A DNA stretch of 64,000 nt from Octopus bimaculoides. Its lineage: Eukaryota. Position numbers and translations under genes: made by a program. The notes beneath the pieces are model-generated. The model was not told the DNA's origin. It did no database searches and was given only the letters and a program-made list of their open reading frames with translations. Of the stretch, positions 25,790-36,860 are shown in pieces. The stretch covers positions 89,871,824 to 89,935,823 of the forward strand of contig NC_068986.1 in assembly GCF_001194135.2 (NCBI RefSeq), given 5' to 3'. How positions within the stretch are numbered: position 1 is the first letter of the stretch; every line of letters starts with the position of its first letter.

Positions 25790-26275
25790 TCCTCCCTCGT
25801 CAACTTTTTCAAGTACCACTTGAAAAGGAGGATGAGGATAGAGAGGAAAGTGTTGTCGAATGAAAGTTTCAATAAAAAATGGGTAAATATGGCAAGAATG
25901 GTAAGAATGAAAGACGACACCATTTTAAGCATAGACTTGTAACAAAAAGAGACAAAAAGAGAGAAGGTACTTACTTTCATGTACCTTTAAAAAAAAAAAG
26001 CCTGAGGTGACCGTGGTCTTTTCCGTAAGCTTATCTCTCCACGGATAAACCTAATCTGTTCCCCGTTTTTTACATTGATCNNNNNNNNNNNNNNNNNNNN
26101 NNNNNNNNNNNNNNNNNNNNNNNNNNNNNNNNNNNNNNNNNNNNNNNNNNNNNNNNNNNNNNNNNNNNNNNNNNNNNNNNNNNNNNNNNNNNNNNNNNNN
26201 NNNNNNNNNNNNAAGAAAAGCTCTACTTTGTAATTTGTCCATTTTCTGTATTTAGCCCTGTGTGGCTATAATAAA
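25790..26275 (+). mobile_element. LINE 3' end (L1/Tx1-like by my reading): ORF2 C-terminus plus 3' UTR, gap inside
   Basis: SLVNFFKYHLKRRMRIERKVLSNESFNKKWVNMARMVRMKDDTILSIDL* (stop 25940-42). The UTR matches 20209-20523 and ends TTTAGCCCTGTGTGGCTATAATAAAA. Confidence 0.65.
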
Positions 26276-26516
26276 AAGATATCTTAGTTATACATCTAAA
26301 CATGTATTTTTCTTTTCCCACGTCCTCCTTTATAATCTTTTCCTCCGTCTACCACTCTCTTTCTCTTACCCTTTCATTTTCTGCTTCTTTCGAATTTCTC
26401 TTTCACCTGTAAAATGCCTTACTGTCTCTAAACCTTTTCTGTATTCATGTTTTGAAGGCATTTCATGTCCCCTGTCCCCTTTTTAACTCTTTTCCTATTT
26501 CTCTATCATCTCTCTC

Positions 26517-26557
<41 letters not shown>

Positions 26558-26901
26558 TTGTCTGTCTCACCCTCTCTCTCCTCACTTTCCTATCACATTG
26601 ATGTCAAACAACGATATACGTAATCCCTGTGCTAACTTTCGCCCTCACCTTTCTCCTATTCTTTTCTATTTCCCTTCTCTTTCCTCGCGTTTTTTCTATT
26701 TTCTTGCTTTTCGTTTATCTGTTTTCTTTTGTTTTATTATTATTTCCTTGTTCTTTTCATTCTATCTTTTTCTCTTACGATTAAGAATTATTTTTATAGA
26801 CAAGTTTTACTCTATTTCAGTATTCTCCACACTTCCTATCTAATAGTTATTTCAATCCTTAATCCTGTTTATTTTTGTACACAAATATATATACATGCAT
26901 A

Positions 26902-26960
<59 letters not shown>

Positions 26961-26963
<3 letters not shown>

Positions 26964-27085
26964 TTCCGTCTACCAAATCCACTCACAAGGCTTTGGTCAG
27001 CCCGAGGCTATAGTAGAAGACACTTGCCCAAGGTGCCACGCAGTGGGACTGAACCCAGAACCATGTGGTTGGTAAGCAAGCTACT
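26961..27085 (-). mobile_element. SINE B 5' fragment next to a (CA)n tract
   Basis: TTTCCGTCTACCAAATCCACTCACAAGGCTTTGG...GGTAAGCAAGCTAC. Confidence 0.85.
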
Positions 27086-27480
27086 AGGAATATAGATAAA
27101 AACGTTTGTAAAAAGAATTTAAAATATGGTGAAGAGAAAATAATAAGCATCAGAAACAGTTTTGGATTACATATTAAGAGAAAATGTTCTAACGGCTGTC
27201 CGAGTAAAAAAATGAATCGTAAAATTCATTTTCAGAGAATGTCTCCCTCATCAGGCAAAAAGTTATATCTACAGCAGATATTCATTCAGTTCGTTGCCAA
27301 GGTATGAGGTAATTGGAAGCTTTTATAGAAGAACAGATATAGCTATGCAAATAATGAAAGTCTTTATTGTCTTAATTAAAATTTATATTTATATTGGCAA
27401 TATAGTGTTACAGGCAATAGGATGTTAAGTTGTGCGACGGAAATTACTAAGGCTATTGTTGAGTACATTGTGTGCATGTG

Positions 27481-27555
<75 letters not shown>

Positions 27556-27814
27556 AGCACAAACAAGAAATTAAAATTTCCAGATGTAACATAAAGAAAT
27601 GCAAGCAAACACCATCTTTCGTGGAAACCAAAAATTAGAGAGAGGATGGTGATAGGCAGACAGACAGACCTGGCCACAATTATTAAAAAAATATCAGAGA
27701 TATTATGATCAAACGCATACCTAATCAGATAAAGAAGTATTAAATAATGTAGTTCATATTTCAACAGATCTCTCAACGTGAAATATATAGAACAACCTAC
27801 TGCAAAAAATATAG

Positions 27815-28335
27815 AAAACTAATATGGTTTAATCTCTTATGCAACATAATAGTAACTAAGTATATAATAAGGAACTTCGAACGTTTGCTAAGTATAAACT
27901 TTTCCACTTCATAGATATAATATTTTAATAGAATTTCTGCTAAAGTTAGCTACAACTCTTTGGGGAATATAGGATACACAAATTTTTACAATAATCAAAA
28001 GCCTGCAAACAGTACACAATCTGAATGCAACTCTGGAAATATAACAAATTACGAGCCGAAAGGGATTGTAGGTAAAGCTGGCACAAATTCAATAGAGATG
28101 GCACAAAGAAGACATACATCAGGTTAATTGGAAACACATTTAAAAACCTAATACACGCAACATATCTCCTCGATAAACTATAAGAGTAAAAACAATTCCG
28201 CTTCAGTATCAAACTATATTCGGTACCTAAAAGTCAGGAAAGAAAAAAAATCCCTCCGTAAAATAAAGCATTGCTGGAAAGTCAAATCTATGCAACAGTC
28301 CTGATAATAATTTTGTGTGCAAAATATCGATTCTG
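27815..28335 (+). mobile_element. Penelope-like element remnant: RT-to-GIY-YIG endonuclease region
   Basis: RKLIWFNLL...FNRISAKVSYNSLGNI, GIVGKA, KTYIRLIGNTFK and SVSNYIRYLK resemble PLE 'RKIIWFNPPY...FNRNTVKVSYS...YIGxTxxxFK...LSxYIWxLK'. Confidence 0.7.
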
Positions 28336-28705
28336 CTAACACCTTTAATATGAGANNNNNNNNNNNNNNNNNNNNNNNNNNNNNNNNNNNNNNNNNNNNN
28401 NNNNNNNNNNNNNNNNNNNNNNNNNNNNNNNNNNNNNNNNNNNNNNNNNNNNNNNNNNNNNNNNNNNNNNNNNNNNNNNNNNNNNNNNNNNNNNNNNNNN
28501 NNNNNNNNNNNNNNNNNNNNNNNNNNNNNNNNNNNNNNNNNNNNNNNNNNNNNNNNNNNNNNNNNNNNNNNNNNNNNNNNNNNNNNNNNNNNNNNNNNNN
28601 NNNNNNNNNNNNNNNNNNNNNNNNNNNNNNNNNNNNNNNNNNNNNNNNNNNNNNNNNNNNNNNNNNNNNNNNNNNNNNNNNNNNNNNNNNNNNNNNNNNN
28701 NNNNN

Positions 28706-28736
<31 letters not shown>

Positions 28737-28925
28737 TGTTTGTGTGTCTGTGTTTGTCACCACCACCATCGCTTGACAACCGACGCTGGTATTTACGTCC
28801 CCAGTAACTTAGCGGGTAGAATAAGTACTCGGCTTACAAAGAATAAGTCCTGGGGTTGATTTGTTCGACTAAAAGCAGTACTCTAGCATGGCCGCTGTCA
28901 AATGACTGGAACAAATAAAAAAAAA
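28706..28925 (+). mobile_element. SINE B 3' half after a gap
   Basis: (TA)n-TGTCTGTGTTTGTC...GAATAAGTCCTGGGGTTGATTTGTTCGACTAAA...AAATGACTGGAAC. Confidence 0.8.
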
Positions 28926-29129
28926 GATAGATAGATAGATAGATAGATATGTAACTGGTGTCTGTACGTGCGAGTGTGTATCTATGTATTCTTGTTGCGT
29001 GTATTTAAATGTGTTGGCATAAGTACATGTTTGACAATTTAAAGAAAGAGAAGTGACTATATTATGTCTATGTTCATATAAAGGGATAGTTATATGGTGG
29101 CGACGGGGATGACGTTGATAATATCGCAG

Positions 29130-29719
29130 AGAGTTAATTGTGTTGGTGTTAGTAAAAACTGTGACGGTGCAAGTGGTATTAATAGTGGTGATAATGGTAT
29201 TGGAAGGGAGTGGTAGCAGTTTGGTAGAAAGAATTGGAGGGAGTTGTGGTGGTAGTGGCGATAGTGCTTCTGATGGTTTGATGGTAATGGTGATGGTGAT
29301 GGTGATTGTCTTGCATGTGGTTACGATGTTGATGCCGAAAACAAATGTGGTGGTTGCGGCGGCGGTGGTGGTGGTGGTGGTGACTTCTAGTTATTTCTAG
29401 TGATGTTTGAATTACAATTGATTGTGATTATAGTAATTGTGAAAGTGGCNNNNNNNNNNNNNNNNNNNNNNNNNNNNNNNNNNNNNNNNNNNNNNNNNNN
29501 NNNNNNNNNNNNNNNNNNNNNNNNNNNNNNNNNNNNNNNNNNNNNNNNNNNNNNNNNNNNNNNNNNNNNNNNNNNNNNNNNNNNNNNNNNNNNNNNNNNN
29601 NNNNNNNNNNNNNNNNNNNNNNNNNNNNNNNNNNNNNNNNNNNNNNNNNNNNNNNNNNNNNNNNNNNNNNNNNNNNNNNNNNNNNNNNNNNNNNNNCGGT
29701 GGTGGTGGTGGTGGTGGTG

Positions 29720-29759
<40 letters not shown>

Positions 29760-29945
29760 TGATGGTCTCGTTGAAGGTAACTGAGACGGTGAGGTAGTAT
29801 GGTAACACTGACGATGTTGTCGATTGTGGTATTGAAGGTGTAAGGTGTTGTTCGTATCGCCGGCAGCGATGATGATATAACGACGGTGGCGATATCGTTG
29901 TTATATCGAACGGCCATCTTGTTCAACCACCACCACCACCATCAT
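29130..29945. repeat. Degenerate (GGT)n/(GTC)n tract
   Basis: Direct inspection; contains a gap. Confidence 0.9.
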
Positions 29946-30359
29946 ACCGCCAGCATAAGCTAAGCTAGATAACCAAAGATTGTCAGTTAGTAAAGCTGGA
30001 TGCCATCAAACAGGCACCACATTTACTATAGTGACAGCCATACAATCTACAACAGACTTTACCGAAAATCTCTGATAAGGACAGTTTCAAGTCAGAGGAA
30101 TTTGGCATGGATTTGCCACTTGGGGAATGGATTGTGGCTTGAGTGGGTCTGATAGGGGAATCGGTCGGGGGTTCTTTTGTGATTTTATGTTTAGTTTCAG
30201 GGTTTTCTTGTTGTTCATTGTTATTTCTTTGTTTTTCTTGTGAATTTTGTTGACTTTTTTTTTTTTTCCTTGGCGGTTTTTTTTTTTCCTTTATCTATTC
30301 CTCTGGCCATAAATATGGTATTCAAAATTACCATTAGTATCTCACTTCGATATATTCTC

Positions 30360-30419
30360 TGTCTTTGTGTATGTGTGAGAGATGGAGAGAGAGAGAGTGA
30401 GTGTCTGCGCACATACACA

Positions 30420-30457
<38 letters not shown>

Positions 30458-30730
30458 TATCTGTATGTATAGACATACATATACATACATATATGTGTAC
30501 ATACACATGTAAATATACATGCATGTATATGTGTGTGTGCATACACATACATACGCATATATATATATGTATGTGTGGTAACACGTATATGCGTACGCAA
30601 ATTATAGACGCACGCACACGCACGCACATACACATATGTATGTATGTACAAATATATAAATATATAAATGCACACATTATATATATGTGTGTATATACAT
30701 ATATGCATCGGCATCTCTAATCCCACTCTC

Positions 30731-30797
<67 letters not shown>

Positions 30798-31110
30798 TCT
30801 CTCCCTCTCTCTCCCTCTCTCTCTCTCTCTCTCCCTCACTACATATGTTCACCCTCTCTATATTTATATCTCCATCAATTTGTCATCTCTTTCATGATCA
30901 ATTTATTTGGCCCACCCGCCAATATTTACCTCACACTTGTCTCACACACTCTCTCTCTCTCTCTCTCCCTTTCTCTCTCTCCATTTCTCTCTCCCCTTCT
31001 TTCTCTCTCTCCATTTCTCTCTCCCCTTCTTTCTCTCTCTCTCTCACACTATCAGACGCACACAACACACACACACACACACATACACACTCGCTCACGC
31101 ACAAATAAAC
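30360..31110. repeat. Compound CA/TA/CT microsatellite block
   Basis: Direct inspection. Confidence 0.9.
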
Positions 31111-31981
31111 ACTACATATAGCTTCCTCTCCATTTCTTCTTGTCTCTTATAGGTCAGTTTAAGAAACTTGACAACGAACAGTGGCAACAACAACAACTGC
31201 ACCTACAACAGCAACAACAACAACAATATTAGCAACAATAATAAGCATTATCTCTTGTAACAACGTCACGAATGAGAATACTATCATTTTTCTTTTTTTT
31301 CTTTTTTGAGAAATAGCTTGCAACAACAATTGAAGTCACTAAATAACTACAATAAAAATAAATGGCACTAGAATATTTACAACAGCAACAATAATAAGAA
31401 CAGTATATTTTACAACAACAAGGATAACAACACAACAACATAAGCAGAAACAACAACAGCATTAACTATATATATATATATAGGTTTAAAAAAACACAAA
31501 AGACAATAACAAAAANNNNNNNNNNNNNNNNNNNNNNNNNNNNNNNNNNNNNNNNNNNNNNNNNNNNNNNNNNNNNNNNNNNNNNNNNNNNNNNNNNNNN
31601 NNNNNNNNNNNNNNNNNNNNNNNNNNNNNNNNNNNNNNNNNNNNNNNNNNNNNNNNNNNNNNNNNNNNNNNNNNNNNNNNNNNNNNNNNNNNNNNNNNNN
31701 NNNNNNNNNNNNNNNNNNNNNNNNNNNNNNNNNNNNNNNNNNNNNNNNNNNNNNNNNNNNNNNNNNNNNNNNNNNNNNNNNNNNNNNNNNNNNNNNNNNN
31801 NNNNNNNNNNNNNNNNNNNNNNNNNNNNNNNNNNNNNNNNNNNNNNNNNNNNNNNNNNNNNNNNNNNNNNNNNNNNNNNNNNNNNNNNNNNNNNNNNNNN
31901 NNNNNNNNNNNNNNNNNNNNNNNNNNNNNNNNNNNNNNNNNNNNNNNNNNNNNNNNNNNNNNNNNNNNNNNNNNNNNNNNN

Positions 31982-32064
<83 letters not shown>

Positions 32065-32739
32065 TTCTACTTTACTGTTCATTAGAAACTCTGAGTCCAA
32101 TGAAGATAGCATTAGCTCTTTAAAGTCGTTCAATTTTTCTCAACCGATCACTGGACCGATTGAGCAAGGCGATCAAAGAACGAACCTTCAATAACAATCG
32201 AACGCAGCTGTAAGTCGAATTTGCAACAATAAAAGAATATGTAAAGACCAGTATCTATACCTTATCTTCTGTATGACTCTGTGTAATAGACCAGTCTAAC
32301 TGGGAATGCAACCATGGATTTACAATGCAGAATGGTGATGAACTATAATCTCTAACTCTGCCACAAAAATATGCAGAGTTCTTTACTAATTTCCAAAATT
32401 TTGTTAACTTGGTGTATTATAAAGTATTTTGCCCGGATTGATAATCACTTTTAATAATTCCTCTTCATATATATATAAGAACAGATGAATAATAGTTCAT
32501 TCACTAGAGCTGTTTCCAACGAATTTTTTTAATTGATGAACAGAGATATTATATCATGTCAAAAAATTCATCAGGTGAATATACACGAATTACACATTTA
32601 AAACATCCCAAAAGTCACCAGTCTGTAGCACAGGTGTGCAAAAGAGTGAAGGTCCTTAACAGGACCCCCAAAACCTTGTCCGTGCTACTCAAGAGAATAG
32701 TCAAGCAATGGCATCGCTCAAAATTGAATTGCAACCGTC

Positions 32740-33062
32740 GTGTGTGTATGTATGTATGTATGTATGTATGTATGTATGTATGTATGTATATGTGTGTATG
32801 TATGTATGTGTATGTATGCATGCATATATGTATGTATGTGTGTATGCATGAGTGTATGTATGTATGTACGTGTGTATGTAAGTATGTATCTATGTGTATG
32901 TATGTATGCATGCATATATGTATGTGTATGTGTGTATGTATGTATGTATGTATGTATGTATGTATGAGTGTATGTATGTATGTATGTATGTATGTATGTA
33001 TGTATGTATTTGTATGTATGCATGTGTGTATGTGCGTATGTATGTATGTATGTATACGCATG

Positions 33063-33100
<38 letters not shown>

Positions 33101-33534
33101 GGAGAAAAGAAAGCCAAAAAAAATAATAGACAAGAAGACAAGATAGTTTCACAATCAAAATTATTATTTTGTCGCTCGGAGAAGAGGAAAATGTTAATTT
33201 AGACGTTTCGAACATAGTCTTTTTTCAGAGTATAGGTGGAAACTGGAGCAAGGAGAATTTGTGAATGTGCATTTTATCATTGATAATGTTTGTATGCATA
33301 TTCATAGATGCATGTGTACTTTGTAGAAGCACAATAAGTACAGTTATATTTACGTGCTTGAATATGAGAGTGCATATGACTGCATATTTGCAAATATGTT
33401 CGTGGACGTGGATATGTGTGGGAAAAGGTGTGTGCCTGAGTCATATATTGCGATAGCGAAGTGGTCGTCGTCATCATTGTCCTCACCGTTTGTGTGTGTG
33501 TATGCGAACGTGTGTGTGTGTGTGTGTTTGTGCG

Positions 33535-33625
<91 letters not shown>

Positions 33626-33853
33626 TTATGACTTTATAGATATACATGTACAACTTATATTATCATGTGTGTCTGTATGTGTGTGTGTGTTCAGAAGCGC
33701 TCCAACCATGACAATCCCATCTCTTTGTATATGTTTCACTGCATTGTTCAATCTATCTTAATAGTGTTTAATTTGGGGGAAATTTGGCTGTTGTTTCTGA
33801 CAGGTCTAGCGACCGCCTAGTTGTTATTTTTCTGCATGTCATAGATGTATATA

Positions 33854-33941
<88 letters not shown>

Positions 33942-34780
33942 ATGTGGTATTTGTAGTATTACGTGTATGTATTTGCTTATATATGTGTTCGTAGGTATGT
34001 GAGTGCATATTTTAATATTTATATTTATATTGCTTTTGTATGTGTGTAGTGTCGTATGTACATATGTGTATATGTTTTTTGTGCATTTGTGCCACTCCGT
34101 GTGTGTATATATGAAAGTATATATAATCATTGATATATGTATGCGTAAGCATATGTATGTATACTTATATGTATGGCCGTAAGGATGCTTGCATATGTAT
34201 GTGTATATATGTGTGTATGTATGATATGTTTGTGTGCATGTGTGTATGTATGCATAGATATTTATATTAGTGCATGTCCGTATGTGGTTGGGTATGCATT
34301 AGTATGTGTGTATGTACATGTCTGCTTATAGATATGTATATTAGTGTAGGCATATTCAGAGATGTTTGTGAATGCGGGTGTTTTTCTCCGTGTGCGTAAG
34401 AGCATATATGTATGTGTGTGAGTGTGCGTGTGTGTGTGTGTGTGCGAATGTGTGCATGTACATGTGTGTTCGGAAACATATATATATTAGTGTATAAGTA
34501 TATTTATATACGCATATGAGTATGATATCAGTGTATAATATGCGTGGTTATATATGTATAGTGATGTGTAAGTCTATGTGTACATGCGTACATGTGTATG
34601 TGTTTGTGTCTGTGTGTTCGCATATGTACATATATATATGTATGTGTGCACATGGATATGTGCGTGAATAAGCTTATGTATATATGCATATATGTGTTGA
34701 TATGTATCTGTGCCTGTAGAAGTATGTGTGTATGTGCGCGCGCGTGTGTTGTGACTATGTATATTTTATACGTGTGCGTT
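32740..34780. repeat. Compound (TATG)n/(TG)n/(GA)n microsatellite region with short unique spacers
   Basis: Direct inspection. Confidence 0.9.
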
Positions 34781-35760
34781 TAATAAACCACCAATTCCTC
34801 CCTTTCCCCCGTCCCTGACAGGAAGATAAGGAGATTATCAGTAAACTATGATACAACAGCGGTGATTCGGTCAATCATGTGTTAAGATATTTCATCTGTC
34901 AGACATAATACCGAACGATCTTCAATTTGTTCTGGCACCAGTTACCTCCCCTGTCTACACCCCCCCCCCNNNNNNNNNNACCACATCATCTTTTCTCTCC
35001 ACCTTCTTACGTGTAAAGACGCAAGCATGGCCGAGAGGTTAAAAAGTTCGCTTCGCAGTCGTGTCTGACTGTTATAATATCTAAATACTTGATAGACTGA
35101 ATGATTACTGTTGTACTGTAGTTCAATTACATTGCGTGTTATCTACGAAAAAAATGTTTCTTTTTTTCTTTTTTTTTTTTTTACTTACTGAATCTGAAGG
35201 AAGTGGTTGTGTTCTTGGTCCTCACAGGCCCTCCTAGAGCAGTGACATTGATGCCGATATAAGACAATGCTTGCTAGAAAAACATAAGCATAGAGAGAAT
35301 TCAAAACGGCCGTTGTCCTCAGAAAGAAAGACTAGACAGAGTTGTTACGTATTCTTTTAGGTTGTGTTGGGACAATAAACAACTCATTGAAGGATTTATT
35401 ATAGTTCTACGTGTTTATTTTGCATGTTTACAAACTGTATATGTATAGCGAAGTGATACACACTGTTCGTATTCGCTTTATTCACATTTCATACTGTTTA
35501 CTAGATGCGCTTAACAAAATAGAACTAATAATGGGGATGTATTCATATATACGTATACCTACGTATACACATAGATATGAACATATAACATCCCTTCTTG
35601 AAAAAGGATCTTTTGGCAATGAAAAATAATAGAAGTAATCTCCCTTACACAAATGAATTGTCAGCGCAAGGGTGGCAATCCTGCAGCAGAAACCGTGAGA
35701 TTATTCTGGCCACACGTGGTCTTCTGCTTCTTAATCTAGCAGAAATTGTTTGTTTGTTTT

Positions 35761-36123
35761 TTACTCTTTTACTTGTTTCAGTCTTTTGACTGCGGCCATG
35801 CTGGAGCACCGCCTTTAGTCGAGCAAATCGACCCCAGGACTTATTCTTTAGAAGCCTAGTACTTATTCTATCGGTCTCTTTTGCCGAACCGCTATGTTAC
35901 GGGGACATAAACACACCAGCATCGGTTGTCAAGCGATGTTGGGGGGACAAACACAGACACACAAACGCATACACACATACATATATATATATATATATAN
36001 NNNNNNNNNNNNNNNNNNNNNNNNNNNNNNNNNNNNNNNNNNNNNNNNNNNNNNNNNNNNNNNNNNNNNNNNNNNNNNNNNNNNNNNNNNNNNNNNNCTT
36101 ACCACACAGCCACTCCTACGCCT
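35761..36123 (-). mobile_element. SINE B inserted inside the Gypsy element
   Basis: Tail ACTCTTTTAC at 35762, head CCTACGCCT at about 36123; T/G-rich flanks. Confidence 0.9.
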
Positions 36124-36399
36124 ATGTTTTGTTTTTGTTTTTTGTTTTTGTTTTTTTTTAACGGTATCGAATCGGTGATAAAATATTCGGTCCCCATCTG
36201 GTGGATCTTATGCTCTGTACTGGTGTCTGAGATGTGCATAATGTTGATGTGCTGTTGGGCTGCTGCTGGGTGGTTGGTGCCCGTTTGGTGTTATGATTCT
36301 GTGGAAGCACGGATTCTGTGTATGCCGTCATCTGCTGTGGGTGTTGTGGTTCTTGTTGGTGTTGTAACTGATGCTGCATGTGTTGCGCATGTTATCCTC

Positions 36400-36860
36400 G
36401 ATAGTTTTGGTGTTGGGCGGATGTGGGTCCTGTTTCGTCTCAGCTGCCTACAAGATTCAGTTTCTATAATATATGATCTTGGAGTTTCGGCTCTACTAAC
36501 GACTTGTGCTGGGATCTATGTTTTGGTTATAGGATCTTGAGTATGCACATGTTGTCCTCCAAGTATCTCAGGTAAGTATTGTGCATGTTTGTTATAATAT
36601 TTCTGTGCTAGTTCTTGAGTGGCTGCTAGCTTTGCCCTTGTCTCTTCCTGGTCAATAAGTGGTTGGATCTTTGTTGGCAGGGTGGTTTTGTATTTCCTGC
36701 TATTCAGCATTTCTGCTGAGGACTTCATGTCAGCCCTCAGTAGTGTCGCTCGTAGGGACAGAAGTGCCAGGTGTGGACCTTCCTTAGTTTCCCGGTATTT
36801 GACTAGTGTTCTCTTGACTGTCTGCACCTGTCTTTCTATGAATCCATGACCTTTGGGGTG
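36400..36860 (-). pseudogene. Gypsy integrase C-terminal remnant
   Basis: HPKGHGFIERQVQTVKRTL...PHLALLSLRAT...SAEMLNSRKYKTTLP...QDPITKT*IPA...PRSYIIETESCRQLRRNRTHIRP, with an in-frame TGA where Trp is expected. Confidence 0.85.

Noticed and set aside
30037-30069. Minus-strand IFGKVCCRLYG, resembling the opsin/GPCR loop before TM3 (IFGKVACQLYG)
   Set aside because: No hydrophobic TM3 or DRY follows, a stop comes 11 codons later, and upstream residues are not TM2-like; treated as chance.
33200-33232. Minus-strand CTGAAAA-AAGACTATGTTC-GAAACGTC
   Set aside because: Core G8 is missing, stem II is poor and there is no stem I; at most an eroded remnant.
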